DNA of 64,000 nucleotides from Patescibacteria group bacterium (lineage in GTDB: Bacteria > Patescibacteriota > Minisyncoccia > Phycocordibacterales > JBBTRF01). A program made the translations under genes and the position numbers. The DNA lies in the NCBI GenBank assembly GCA_038065315.1, contig JBBTRF010000001.1:528458-592457 (forward strand), written 5' to 3'. Below, piece by piece: positions 19,812 through 30,412 of this stretch. The first letter of the stretch is position 1. Each line of letters starts with the position of its first letter. The notes under the pieces are model-generated. The model saw nothing but the letters and a program-made list of their open reading frames with translations. It was not told where the DNA came from and made no database searches.

Positions 19812-22517
19812 ATGAAATCACACTTTGCATACAAATGGTTAGCGGGCGGAATCATGGTACTGCTTTTGACCTGTTCAGTATTTGCGGGCGTCGTCTCCGC
19901 ACAGACAGAGGGTACCAACGAGACAGCGCCGCCGGTAGCACCAGCGACACAACCGGAAGAGGGCACGGACGAAACAGCGCCGCCGGCGCCCCCAGCTAAT
20001 CCAAACGCCGATACCGACTCACTCGAGCAGACATCGAATACCAACCCCCTCTCGAACCAAAACCCTAACGCGGCCACCGATGCGTTTGAGCAGAGCTCTG
20101 GAAATACTTCGGCAAATAGTGCGAGTCAGAATCCAACCGATCCAAAGCAGGCTGGTGGAAGCGGGGACAAGGAAACAGCTTTCGCGTGGCGAATGCTGAA
20201 TCCATACTATTTTATTCCTGCAGGAATGCGAATACTCGGCAATACAATCCTCATGCTTTTTGGTTGGGTGCTCGGCTTGGTTGGCCTGATCTTCAACTTC
20301 ATCATCGATAAAACGATCGTCAATCTAAAGACGACCATCGATAGCCTCGGTGTCATCACCGACATTTGGAAAGTGATCCGAGATTTCATCAACCTCTTCT
20401 TCATTTTCGCATTGCTGTACGCCGCGGTAGGTACGATACTCGGCCTAGACAAAGTGGATTGGAAAAAAACCGTTGGCAACTTGGTGTTGGCAGCGCTCCT
20501 GATCAACTTCAGCCTTTTCATTACCAAAGCCGCTCTCGACCTTTCCAACATTGTCACTATCGGCTTCTATAGCCAACTTCCAGGGGTAGGGGTAGTGTCG
20601 ACCAACCCGACTCAGAACCAATCGCATGCCGGCGGTATTTCCAATAGCATCATGCAGTCCCTGAAATTGGAAACGATCTACAAACCAAACTACACCGGAA
20701 CAGTACAGGGAGATACCGCCAATAGTCCAGTGACTGCCTTCGCCTACATCCTCTCCACCGTCATGGGCAGCATTTTCATCTGCGTCACTATTGTGGTGAT
20801 GGTCGCAGCATGCTGGCTCTTCCTCAAGCGATTCATCGATATTATCTTCCTCATGATCCGTTCGCCGATCGCTTTTGCCGGCCTCGTCCTCCCACAGCTA
20901 GATGAATATCAAAGCAACTGGTGGAAGGAGCTGAAGGCAAACATGCTGTTCCCACCGGTGTACATGGCGATGATGTGGATCACCTTCAAGATCCTCCAGA
21001 GCCCGGGCTTCCAAACAGTCGCTCCTGGCGTTGACGGCTTCTCTGGACTCTTCTCGACTCTGAGCGGTACCACCGTGAACATCGTCTTCCGCTTTATCGT
21101 CGTGATCGCCATGATGGTCTACGCGCTCAAGAGTGCTGGAAAAGTCGGCGTGGAGGGTGGCGAAGTGTTCAACGACTTCCTCAAGAAGAAGCGTGGGCAA
21201 TTGGCCGGTGTTGTGGGCCGAAATACTGCTGGTCGCGCCGCTGCATGGGCGCAGGACAAAAATAGTTCTGTCGGTCAGGCGTTGCGAAAATTGGAATCTG
21301 TACCAATCATTGGCTCTGCTACGAGCAAGGCAATCACCGGTAGCCTAAAGGATGTTTCCGGTGCCGGATTCGGCGGAGCAAAAGGTGGCTTTGATGCGGC
21401 AGTGAAGGCAGAGGCAAAATATGCGAAGGAAGGATACACACGAGTAGGAGAGAAAGCGGAGTTCAGGGAGCGTGCACCGATCAAGCCGGATGAACCGACT
21501 CGAAAGGAGGGCGAGACCAATACTTCTTTCATAAACAGGAGAAGTGTCTATGATGAAAAGGTAAAAGAGTACGAGGAAGCGAATGTAGATTATACCTCCC
21601 GAAAAGAAACCTTCGAGGAAAAACAGAAGGAAAATGCTGAGGCCCGTCAGAAGCAATTCCGTGGAAATTACGAAAAGACATCTCTCTTCCAGAAGAACCG
21701 AGACTCAGACAAGCCGATCTTTGCGGAAAATCAGGCAGCGTTAGAAGCGATTGACAAGGATATTAAAGAAAATGACAAGAAAAAGCAAAAGACCGAAAAG
21801 GCAAAAGCGGACCTAGAACGCATCAAGGCTGAACAAGCAGAAGCAGAGGAGGGGATGCTTGAATCCTACAGAGCGTACGCAGAGGCTGCGGCCCCAGTGG
21901 CGCCGACCCAGGAAGCTGGTGAGACTGATGCCGTGTTCACAAATCGAAAGCTCGACTATCAAACAAGCAAGGCTGCGCACGAGACAGCAACAGCCCGCCT
22001 TACCTCACTATTGAAGGAGAAGTTTGATGACATCACCGACGACGCAGTGAGAGCCGAAAAGATCAGGGAGAATAAACAGGCGGTCAAAAATGTTCTCGAC
22101 GGAATGAAGGCTCTCGAAAACAGCAAGGCTGCGCAGGAGGAAGCGGAAATTGCCGAAAAAGAAGCCCGCATGAAGGCTATCGAGATTGAGCTTAAGGGTC
22201 TAGACGAAGAAAAGCGCACAAAAGAGAAGCCGACCACCGAAGCAAATATCTTAAGGTTGCAGGGAGAATTGGTAGCAGCAACTCGGTCGGTGAGAGCCAT
22301 GGAACGAAACCCTGAAAAGCGTACGGGTCACTTAAGAACCGCTGAGTCGCGTAGAAGTGAGGCTGCCACAAAGCGTGAACAGGTGATCACTCGAGAAAAT
22401 CAAATACTTCAGGAAGAAAAACTCGATTCACTCGGAAAAGATCTCGGGGATGTGAAAGAAAAGACCAGTAAGAAAGATGAAGACGGTGGGGGAGGCAAGA
22501 AAGAGGAGAAGAAGTAG
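19812..22517 (+). CDS. VirB6/TrbL-like polytopic membrane protein with long charged coiled-coil tail
   Basis: WKVIRDFINLFFIF and LLINFSLFITK multi-TM core, K/E-rich C-terminus, cluster context. Confidence 0.7.
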   Translation: MKSHFAYKWLAGGIMVLLLTCSVFAGVVSAQTEGTNETAPPVAPATQPEEGTDETAPPAPPANPNADTDSLEQTSNTNPLSNQNPNAATDAFEQSSGNTSANSASQNPTDPKQAGGSGDKETAFAWRMLNPYYFIPAGMRILGNTILMLFGWVLGLVGLIFNFIIDKTIVNLKTTIDSLGVITDIWKVIRDFINLFFIFALLYAAVGTILGLDKVDWKKTVGNLVLAALLINFSLFITKAALDLSNIVTIGFYSQLPGVGVVSTNPTQNQSHAGGISNSIMQSLKLETIYKPNYTGTVQGDTANSPVTAFAYILSTVMGSIFICVTIVVMVAACWLFLKRFIDIIFLMIRSPIAFAGLVLPQLDEYQSNWWKELKANMLFPPVYMAMMWITFKILQSPGFQTVAPGVDGFSGLFSTLSGTTVNIVFRFIVVIAMMVYALKSAGKVGVEGGEVFNDFLKKKRGQLAGVVGRNTAGRAAAWAQDKNSSVGQALRKLESVPIIGSATSKAITGSLKDVSGAGFGGAKGGFDAAVKAEAKYAKEGYTRVGEKAEFRERAPIKPDEPTRKEGETNTSFINRRSVYDEKVKEYEEANVDYTSRKETFEEKQKENAEARQKQFRGNYEKTSLFQKNRDSDKPIFAENQAALEAIDKDIKENDKKKQKTEKAKADLERIKAEQAEAEEGMLESYRAYAEAAAPVAPTQEAGETDAVFTNRKLDYQTSKAAHETATARLTSLLKEKFDDITDDAVRAEKIRENKQAVKNVLDGMKALENSKAAQEEAEIAEKEARMKAIEIELKGLDEEKRTKEKPTTEANILRLQGELVAATRSVRAMERNPEKRTGHLRTAESRRSEAATKREQVITRENQILQEEKLDSLGKDLGDVKEKTSKKDEDGGGGKKEEKK

Positions 22518-22529
22518 CACGATTACATC

Positions 22530-23126
22530 ATGGCAAAAAAATCAATACAAACTGTCGCAGAAATGAAAAGCTATTTTGATAGCCTTCCTTCTGATATCCG
22601 TGATGTGTTGACGGATGAACGCCTGGACAAGGAAATTACCCAATATTGCAAGGAGAGTGGCGTGGGGAATGTTGGCAAGGTATTGATAGACTTAACCACA
22701 TCTACCTTGATGGCTATTCAGCCGATCAAAGGATTTGTTGGACGAATCGCCCAAGCTGCGAACATTCCGACATCAGTTGCTCAAAAAATCGCCAACGAGA
22801 TCAACGAAAACATCTTCCGGCCGGTCCGACAGTCACTCATCAAGATCCACGAGATCCCGCCCAACGAACAGGCGCAGATCCCCGCAGTAGAGCCGCACTT
22901 CGAACACCTCCTCGAAATCCATGCACCGAGCATGATCGCGCTCGCGAAGCCAGCGGCAGCCAAAGTAGCACCAGTCGTGCAACAAACATCACCCATGCGC
23001 CCACCAGCGACACAGGTCGCTCCCAAAACCCTCGCGGAACAGAAGATGAGCCGTCCGACCAGCCTGCCGCCCCAAATTTCTCGCACCAGCAACGAGCCGG
23101 ACCCGTACCGCGAGCCGATCGCTTAG
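22530..23126 (+). CDS. Hypothetical protein
   Basis: 198-aa ORF ending DPYREPI, co-directional within cluster. Confidence 0.75.
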   Translation: MAKKSIQTVAEMKSYFDSLPSDIRDVLTDERLDKEITQYCKESGVGNVGKVLIDLTTSTLMAIQPIKGFVGRIAQAANIPTSVAQKIANEINENIFRPVRQSLIKIHEIPPNEQAQIPAVEPHFEHLLEIHAPSMIALAKPAAAKVAPVVQQTSPMRPPATQVAPKTLAEQKMSRPTSLPPQISRTSNEPDPYREPIA

Positions 23127-23180
23127 GTCGTCGCTGCGCAGGTGCGTCGGCATTTCTCAAGGCTGCGGTATAATATCTAC

Positions 23181-23630
23181 ATGCGATTTCAAGTTCCACA
23201 ATTCATCGAGGTGGAGGACAAAATCATTGGTCCGCTGACCATCAAGCAATTCATCTACATCGCCGGTGGGGCAGGTATGTGCTTTGTGCTCATCCGTTAC
23301 CTTGGACTGCTCTTCGGCATCATGGCAGCCCTCCCGGTGGGTGCCTTTGCCCTCGCCCTCGCTTTCTACCACCCAAACGAACGCCAAACCTTCATTCTTT
23401 TCGTCGAAAACGTCTTCAAATATTTCGTTGGCAAAAAACTCTATATCTGGAAGAAGCAGGACAAGAAGCCGGTAGCTAGGACAACCGAGGAGCGCGAGGC
23501 GAGTAGTGATCTCGATAATCTCTACGTACCCCGCCTCGCCGACAGCAAGCTGAAAGACATGACCTGGAGCCTGGATGTAAAGACCAAGGAGCTCGCCAAC
23601 CCCGTCACGAAGAACAACAAACAAGTATAA
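23181..23630 (+). CDS. PrgI family membrane protein (VirB3-like)
   Basis: MRFQVPQFIEVEDKIIGPLTIKQF plus two TMs. Confidence 0.88.
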   Translation: MRFQVPQFIEVEDKIIGPLTIKQFIYIAGGAGMCFVLIRYLGLLFGIMAALPVGAFALALAFYHPNERQTFILFVENVFKYFVGKKLYIWKKQDKKPVARTTEEREASSDLDNLYVPRLADSKLKDMTWSLDVKTKELANPVTKNNKQV

Positions 23631-23654
23631 TCGGGTATAATAGAGCAAAGTACC

Positions 23655-24287
23655 ATGGCCCTCACCAAATCCGCACCAAGCCAACAATTTGTCCCTCTCA
23701 AAGAGGTGAGGGATGGCATTGCTATTCTGAAAGACGGCTCGATGCGCGCACTTCTTCTCACCTCATCGCTCAACTTCGCACTTAAATCCGCGGAGAGTCA
23801 GGAAGCGATCATCTACCAATTCCAAAACTTTCTCAATTCGCTCGACTTCACCGTGCAGATCTTCGTGTCTTCACGCCGCCTCGACATTCGCCCATACATT
23901 GCCCTCCTTGAAAACCGCTACAAGGAACAAACAGGGGAGCTGCTGCGCCTCCAGACCCGCGAATACATTGAATTCATCAAGAAATTCACCGAGTCGGCCA
24001 ATATCATGACGAAAAGCTTCTTCGTCGTCGTGCCGTACGGTTCGGCCGTACTCAACAAAAACAGTGCTTCTGGCCTATTCAGCAAAAAAGATAAGCAAAA
24101 AGAAACGGCTCAGAAAAGTGAGGCTTTCGAGGAGGCGAAATCGCAGATCCAACAGCGTGTGAGCGTGGTGGAGCAGGGGCTCACGCGCGTCGGTATTCGC
24201 GTGGCACAGCTGGGAACCGAAGAGATCATCGAGCTCTTCTACAAGATCTTTAATCCCGGTGAAACGGACAAGCCGATTCAGCTATAA
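23655..24287 (+). CDS. VirB4/TraC N-terminal-like protein
   Basis: EVRDGIAILKDG...SSLNFALKS...FLNSLDF; lies between PrgI and the ATPase. Confidence 0.75.
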   Translation: MALTKSAPSQQFVPLKEVRDGIAILKDGSMRALLLTSSLNFALKSAESQEAIIYQFQNFLNSLDFTVQIFVSSRRLDIRPYIALLENRYKEQTGELLRLQTREYIEFIKKFTESANIMTKSFFVVVPYGSAVLNKNSASGLFSKKDKQKETAQKSEAFEEAKSQIQQRVSVVEQGLTRVGIRVAQLGTEEIIELFYKIFNPGETDKPIQL

Positions 24288-24295
24288 TCAATCCC

Positions 24296-26146
24296 ATGGG
24301 ACTTTTCTCAAACATATTCAACAAGAAGGGGGGCGGGGATGCCGAGATGAAGGCGTCGATTTTGCCGCAGGATATCTACAATGCTGCTGCCCTCGACCTG
24401 AAAGATGTCATCGCTCCTTCTGCGCTCAAGGTGAGCCCTCGTTCGCTCAACCTCGGCGAAAAGCTCGTCCGCACGTTCTTTGTCATTTCGTACCCTCGAT
24501 ACCTCTCCGAAGGTTGGTTTTCGCCGATCATCAACCTCGACAAGATCTTCGATATTTCTATTTTTATTCACCCAATCGACACCGCGCAAGTACTCCGCCA
24601 ATTCCAGAAAAAGGTGGCTGAGGTATCGAGCCAGATTCACGGCCGCGAGCGCAAAGGTCTCGTCCGCGACCCAATGCTCGACACCGCATACCAAGACCTC
24701 GAATCGCTTCGTGACAATCTCATGCAAGCCCAAGAAAAACTCTTTGATGTCGGTCTCTATATCTCTATCTACGGCGACACGGAGCAAGATCTCGACAAGA
24801 TCGAGAGCGAAATCAAGTCGATCCTCGAAGCGAAACTTATCTACCTCCGCCCAGCACTCTTCCAGCAAGAGCAGGGCTTGCGTAGCGTATTACCAATCGC
24901 AACCGACGAGCTGAACGTGCTTTCGAAACTCAATTCATCGCCGCTCTCCAGCCTTTTCCCGTTCACCTCTTTCGACCTCACTTCTGACAAAGGCATTTTG
25001 TATGGCATCAACCGCCACAACTCTTCACTCGTGCTTTTCGACCGTTTCTCCCTCGAAAACTACAACTCCATTACCTTCGCGAAGTCCGGTTCTGGAAAAT
25101 CATACTGTACGAAGCTCGAAATTCTTCGAACACTGATGTTTGACACCGAGGTGATCGTCATCGACCCAGAAAAAGAATACGAGTACATGGCCCAGGCCAC
25201 GGGAGGAAAGTACTTCAACATCTCGCTCAATTCGCCGCACCACATTAACCCTTTCGACCTGCCGACACCGCGCGAGGATGAATCCGCGGCAGACGTGCTC
25301 CGCTCAAACATCATCAACCTGGTGGGTATTTTCCGTATCATGCTTAGTGGCCTCACTCCGGAGGAGGACGCGATCATCGACCGCGCCATCACTGAAACCT
25401 ACGCACTCAAAGACATCACCCCCGATGCCGACCTCACCAAAGTCGAGGCGCCGCTCATGTCCGACTTTGAGCTCGTGCTCGCCGGCATGCAGGGAGCGGA
25501 GTCACTCGTGCAACGCCTCACCAAATACACCCGCGGCACTTGGTCGGGCTTCCTCAACAAGCCAACCAACGTTGACATCAACAACAAATTCATCGTCTTC
25601 TCCCTCCGCGACATGGAAGAGGAGCTCAAGCCGGTAGCGATGTACATTGTCACACACTTCATTTGGAACGCGGTGCGCAAAAATCTCCGCAAGCGCCTGC
25701 TCGTGATCGACGAGGCATGGTGGATGATGAAGTCCGAAGATACGGCTTCATTCCTGCTTAGTTTGGCAAAACGAGGCCGAAAATACTATCTCGGACTCGC
25801 TACCATCACCCAGGACGTGGACGACTTTTTGAAGTCTCCGTACGGCTTGCCGATTATCACCAACTCTTCCATTCAGATCCTCTTGAAACAGTCGCCGACC
25901 TCGATCGACAAGCTCCAAGCGACCTTCAACCTCACCGACGAGGAAAAATTCTTGCTCCTCGAATCCAGTGTCGGCGAAGGTCTCTTCTTCGTGGGCCTAA
26001 AACATGTCGCGATCAAGATTATTGCCTCATACACCGAGGACCAGATCATCACTTCCGACCCATCGCAGATTTTGGCCATCCAGAAGGCCAAGGCCGAACT
26101 TTCTGCGAGCACCGACGGGAGAGAGGGCGGGGGAGCGGCGAAATAA
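24296..26146 (+). CDS. VirB4-like conjugal transfer ATPase
   Basis: Walker A AKSGSGKS, VIDPEKEY, INPFDL, Walker B LLVIDEAW, KRGRKY, TQ. Confidence 0.92.
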   Translation: MGLFSNIFNKKGGGDAEMKASILPQDIYNAAALDLKDVIAPSALKVSPRSLNLGEKLVRTFFVISYPRYLSEGWFSPIINLDKIFDISIFIHPIDTAQVLRQFQKKVAEVSSQIHGRERKGLVRDPMLDTAYQDLESLRDNLMQAQEKLFDVGLYISIYGDTEQDLDKIESEIKSILEAKLIYLRPALFQQEQGLRSVLPIATDELNVLSKLNSSPLSSLFPFTSFDLTSDKGILYGINRHNSSLVLFDRFSLENYNSITFAKSGSGKSYCTKLEILRTLMFDTEVIVIDPEKEYEYMAQATGGKYFNISLNSPHHINPFDLPTPREDESAADVLRSNIINLVGIFRIMLSGLTPEEDAIIDRAITETYALKDITPDADLTKVEAPLMSDFELVLAGMQGAESLVQRLTKYTRGTWSGFLNKPTNVDINNKFIVFSLRDMEEELKPVAMYIVTHFIWNAVRKNLRKRLLVIDEAWWMMKSEDTASFLLSLAKRGRKYYLGLATITQDVDDFLKSPYGLPIITNSSIQILLKQSPTSIDKLQATFNLTDEEKFLLLESSVGEGLFFVGLKHVAIKIIASYTEDQIITSDPSQILAIQKAKAELSASTDGREGGGAAK

Positions 26147-26173
26147 TCCTGCGCACGGGCGCATACCACTACC

Positions 26174-26683
26174 ATGGCAGCCAAAAAACCTGAACCCATC
26201 ACCAATCTCGGCTGGTTTTTCCTTATTGCCTTTACCATTTTTGTCGACATTTTGCAGATCGTGCTAGACCTAGCTTTTGGTGCCGGTGTCATCGCAAATC
26301 GTATCATCGATGTGGGGTTTGCTTTTGCCCTCCTCCTTATTTTTCACCTAAAAGACATTCCTCTCACGCCGGCGCAATACGCCAGCATCGCCGCGGCTTT
26401 TGTCGGCGAAGAAATTCCAGCTCTGGACGCTCTCCCCATGTGGACATTAGATGTCGTGTATATTTGCGCAAGCATCAAGGGCCAGGAAGTCGCCGAGAAA
26501 GCAGGGGTGGCAGGAAAGGTGGCAGTGATGGCTCTGAAAGCTGCAAAGAAAGCTGACGGTAAAGAGCTGTTTACCGATGAGCAAGGAGCCCTCTCCGGAG
26601 GAACTGAATCAAAATTACCCTTATCAACCCCCGAACACCTCCCGACCAACACCGTAGACCTTCGACCATCCGGAAAAGCCTAA
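26174..26683 (+). CDS. Membrane hypothetical protein
   Basis: Hydrophobic N-terminal half; EEIPALDALPMWT. Confidence 0.7.
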   Translation: MAAKKPEPITNLGWFFLIAFTIFVDILQIVLDLAFGAGVIANRIIDVGFAFALLLIFHLKDIPLTPAQYASIAAAFVGEEIPALDALPMWTLDVVYICASIKGQEVAEKAGVAGKVAVMALKAAKKADGKELFTDEQGALSGGTESKLPLSTPEHLPTNTVDLRPSGKA

Positions 26684-26736
26684 TATTACGAAAGTTATTC
26701 ACTCCGACCGCCGGACCTTTGTGATAAAATAGAGCA

Positions 26737-27954
26737 ATGAGATCTCCCAATGTTCTCACCTATGCCATTGCATCTTTTTGCCTATGTGTCATTTCTCTAT
26801 GGGGGATCGGCACTATCTCAATCGCCACCGCAGACGCCCAAGCAGCTGGCTCAGGGGCCGGAACAGCAACAACCTCGGCCTCATCAGCAAGCTCCACCCC
26901 CCAGGAGGATGCGCTTGACGCCCTGCTAAAACAGCTCACTGCCACTTCGAGCATTCCGGACTATCTGAAAAATGCCAAGCCACCCACGGAAGCGGACATT
27001 CCTGAGTTGCCCGAAGAGTTTAAAAAAGCACCACTCAATGTCGTCTTGAATCCGGAATATCCAGCAGCCTTCCAAGATGTCGTGGCGAGTGTCGACAGCT
27101 ACTCTGCAGATATGGATCGCAGTACGATCACCTGGTCGCTCAATGGCAAAGTGCTACAAAAGGGTATTGGTGCCAAAAATTTCCGCTTCAAAGCCGGGAA
27201 GAATGGTAGCTACACCACACTCACTGTGTCGATCCTCGCAAACGGCATCACGAGCACGCAAAATCTCAGCATCACTCCTGCCACCGTCGACCTGCTCTGG
27301 CAATCTGATTCTTACGTCCCACCTTTCTACAAAGGTAAGGCTCTTTTCTCTCACCAGAGCGGCATTAAGGTTGTGGCCGTACCAAACATCTTTACCAAAG
27401 ATGGCGTGTTGATCCCGAGCTCAAAGCTCATCTACCGATGGAAGCTCGACAAGGAGTTTGTCGCAGCCGCATCGGGCGTCGGCAAAAATATTGTTACTTT
27501 CAGAGATGGAATACCGGTAAATGAGAAGCAGATAAGTGTCGAGGTATCAACGGCAGACACGAGCGTAAAGACAGTTGGGCAAATCTTCCTACATAGTGTT
27601 GGCACTGCACCGGTCTTGTACCAAGACACCCCGCTCACCGGCATTTCGTATGAACGCGCCCTGCCAAGCAGCCTGAACCTCGCTGATTCCGAAATGAAGT
27701 TGGTGATCGAACCATACTTTTTCTCTGTGAAGAGCCGTGATAGTAACAATCTGTACTATTCCTGGTCACTGAATGGCAAAAATGTTCCCGATGTCACCCG
27801 TAGCAGTATCGTTTTTAAAGTACCTGACACCGAGAAGGGAAGTGCTCAGGTGAATGTCGAGCTCCGTCAGCCGACCAAAGTCTTCCAGACCAATGCCACC
27901 GCTCTTATTATCAATTTTGTGAGTCCCGGCAGTGCCAGCAAATCACTCTTTTAA
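26737..27954 (+). CDS. Exported beta-rich (Ig-like) hypothetical protein
   Basis: Signal peptide; repeated Y-x-W-x-L-N/D-G motifs; SYVPPFYKGKAL. Confidence 0.75.
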   Translation: MRSPNVLTYAIASFCLCVISLWGIGTISIATADAQAAGSGAGTATTSASSASSTPQEDALDALLKQLTATSSIPDYLKNAKPPTEADIPELPEEFKKAPLNVVLNPEYPAAFQDVVASVDSYSADMDRSTITWSLNGKVLQKGIGAKNFRFKAGKNGSYTTLTVSILANGITSTQNLSITPATVDLLWQSDSYVPPFYKGKALFSHQSGIKVVAVPNIFTKDGVLIPSSKLIYRWKLDKEFVAAASGVGKNIVTFRDGIPVNEKQISVEVSTADTSVKTVGQIFLHSVGTAPVLYQDTPLTGISYERALPSSLNLADSEMKLVIEPYFFSVKSRDSNNLYYSWSLNGKNVPDVTRSSIVFKVPDTEKGSAQVNVELRQPTKVFQTNATALIINFVSPGSASKSLF

Positions 27955-27957
27955 TCC

Positions 27958-29088
27958 ATGACTATGAGTACTCTCAACAGAATAAGGAATGTCTTGGTAC
28001 TTGCGAGTGCATTCCTTCTACTTGCCAGCACTGTAGCCCCGATGAGTGTCTTTGCGGCTTTTGCGGGCGAAAAAGACTATGTCCTTTTGGCACCGATTCC
28101 CGGAACATACAACGAGGGAAGTTGCGCGGCAGGTACGATCAATACCTACAACGCCGGCGGCGCTTTTAGTGGCAACGGCGCGGGTACCATAAACTGCACA
28201 ACGGATTTTGTTACGTATCTCAAAGGTTTTTTCCGCCTCGTGATCTCACTTTCATCGATTATTGCCGTACTTGTGATCACCTTCGAGGGCTTCAAGTTGG
28301 CCATCTCTACGAGCGAAGGTGCTCGCGAGACGGCTAAAGAACGGATCGAACAGGCCCTTATTGGTCTCGGCCTCGTCCTTGGTTCATATCTCATTTTGAA
28401 CACGATCAATCCGCAGCTCACGAAAATTAACTTTTATGTCGACAAGATTTCCGATGCGGGACTTACCGGTTCGTCAGCTTTTCTGCAGGATGGGTTGAGT
28501 CAGGCTCTGGTAAATGAACGCGAGCAGGCGGCCTTCGCGGCACGCTCTGAAGCTTCGAGAGTTGCCAATGAGGCATTCAGCGCAGCAGTGACACCACTTC
28601 GAACAGAGCTTGCGGCACTTAAAGCAGAGTGTGAAAATGAACCAGCCGAAACAGAGGCTGAGTGTCTCTTGGGAAATGCTGGGAGAATACAAGAGTTGGA
28701 AGATCAGATTAAGGTTGCCGAAATTTCCACCGATAAGCAGGCGGCAATTAATATTATCCAGACTCTCGGCGACACACAATTCAATCAGCTGGTGAAGCCG
28801 ATCGAAAAAACCGATGACCGTTTGGCGGATATTGCCCAAATGAGAAATCTTGCAAAGCTGCAGATTGCCACGGTAAAAAATGAGACCCAAGCGCGTGTGG
28901 CAGATTTGATCGCAAAAGGGCGAGGGGAGGATGCTGCGGCGGTGCTCGCTGAATCAAATAAAGTTATTGCTGATATGAATGCCAAAATAGAGCATCGTGT
29001 ACGCTGTCCTTACTCAGACTATAACGTCCAAGCTGTTTCAGGAGGTAGTGTGGGAGGTGCCGCACCAAATATAACACCCTGTTATTAA
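27958..29088 (+). CDS. Pilin-like (TrbC/VirB2-type) protein with C-terminal extension
   Basis: YVLLAPIPG; two hydrophobic helices; AKERIEQALIGLGLVLGSYLILNTINPQL. Confidence 0.75.
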   Translation: MTMSTLNRIRNVLVLASAFLLLASTVAPMSVFAAFAGEKDYVLLAPIPGTYNEGSCAAGTINTYNAGGAFSGNGAGTINCTTDFVTYLKGFFRLVISLSSIIAVLVITFEGFKLAISTSEGARETAKERIEQALIGLGLVLGSYLILNTINPQLTKINFYVDKISDAGLTGSSAFLQDGLSQALVNEREQAAFAARSEASRVANEAFSAAVTPLRTELAALKAECENEPAETEAECLLGNAGRIQELEDQIKVAEISTDKQAAINIIQTLGDTQFNQLVKPIEKTDDRLADIAQMRNLAKLQIATVKNETQARVADLIAKGRGEDAAAVLAESNKVIADMNAKIEHRVRCPYSDYNVQAVSGGSVGGAAPNITPCY

Positions 29089-29089
29089 C

Positions 29090-30412
29090 ATGAAAAAAAG
29101 TACCGCATACACAATCCTAGGAATCATCATCGGTATCGTCATTGTCGCGCTGGGCGTGTTGTATTTTGTCTTTCTGAGAACACCGGGGGTGGTAGATCCT
29201 GGTCCGGACGTCAACAACGAAGGGAAGGCAGACCGAGGCGGTTTCGATGGCACGGTTGACGACACTGAGCCAGTAACTCCTGTCGAACCAAAAACTCCAA
29301 TAGCCACCACTACGGGGGAGCGACCGGAACCACCAAAACTTCGAAAGATATCGACTGGACCGATAGCTGGAGGCATTGCCTACGACACAACCATCAAAAC
29401 AGGCAAGGTGAGTGTGACGGAGACCCACATCCGCTTCATCGACCGCATCAATGGCGCGATCCACGAAACCCGTACCGACGTTTTGGACACCCAGAAGATT
29501 GCCAGTGCTTCGATTCAGAAGATTCGCGAGGCGTTTTGGGCAAAAGACGGCGCTAGTGTGTACATCCGATATGTCACCGACGCCAACCCATACACCATCG
29601 AGACATATCTCGCTAAACTCGTACCTTCGAAGACCGCGTCCTCTTCACAGGCGGCACTCCCAAGTGACATCAGCTTCCTTCCACAAGAGGTGCGCGGCAA
29701 CTATCTCACTCGCAATCTCAAAGAAGTCCTACCTTCACCATTTACCCTCGGCACTATTTTCTACACCTTGCCAAAAGGTGCGGACCTGCAAGGTATCATC
29801 TCGAGCAAGGACGATACTAAAAGGGTAGAGGTGCTCAACTCACCAATCACCGAGTGGACCAGTCAGTGGCTCGCCTCGAATTTGTTCGCCATCACCACAA
29901 AAGCCTCAACTTTCTCAGATGGCTTCCTGTACTTCCTCAACACCGACACCCAGAAGCTCGACCGCGTGCTCGGCAACATCCGTGGCCTCACCACTCTTGC
30001 GAGCGCCGACCAAAAATATGTGATCTACTCGAACTCCAGAGATGATGGCTTCACCACACGACTTTTCAATACCAAGACTGGTCTGCTCGAGCAATTCTCA
30101 TTCACCGTATTGCCGGAAAAATGTGTCTGGAGCAAGAAACAAGTCGCGGTCGTGTATTGTGCCGTACCACAGTACCTTCCAAGTGGGCTCTACCCCGACG
30201 GTTGGTATCAAGGCGTTGTCAGCTTCACCGACGATCTCTGGAGAATCGACGCTTCGACCGGCTCCACAAAGCTCCTCGCCAGTCTCGCCGCAGTCTCAAA
30301 AGAAGAAATCGACGTGATCCGACCATTCCTCGATCCGCAAGAAAAATACCTCTTCTTCACCAACAAGCGTGATGGCGCTTTCTGGAACCTACTTCTTCCG
30401 ACGAATAAATAG
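29090..30412 (+). CDS. Membrane-anchored beta-propeller-like hypothetical protein
   Basis: N-terminal TM; LPEKCVW...YCAVP...WYQG. Confidence 0.75.
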   Translation: MKKSTAYTILGIIIGIVIVALGVLYFVFLRTPGVVDPGPDVNNEGKADRGGFDGTVDDTEPVTPVEPKTPIATTTGERPEPPKLRKISTGPIAGGIAYDTTIKTGKVSVTETHIRFIDRINGAIHETRTDVLDTQKIASASIQKIREAFWAKDGASVYIRYVTDANPYTIETYLAKLVPSKTASSSQAALPSDISFLPQEVRGNYLTRNLKEVLPSPFTLGTIFYTLPKGADLQGIISSKDDTKRVEVLNSPITEWTSQWLASNLFAITTKASTFSDGFLYFLNTDTQKLDRVLGNIRGLTTLASADQKYVIYSNSRDDGFTTRLFNTKTGLLEQFSFTVLPEKCVWSKKQVAVVYCAVPQYLPSGLYPDGWYQGVVSFTDDLWRIDASTGSTKLLASLAAVSKEEIDVIRPFLDPQEKYLFFTNKRDGAFWNLLLPTNK

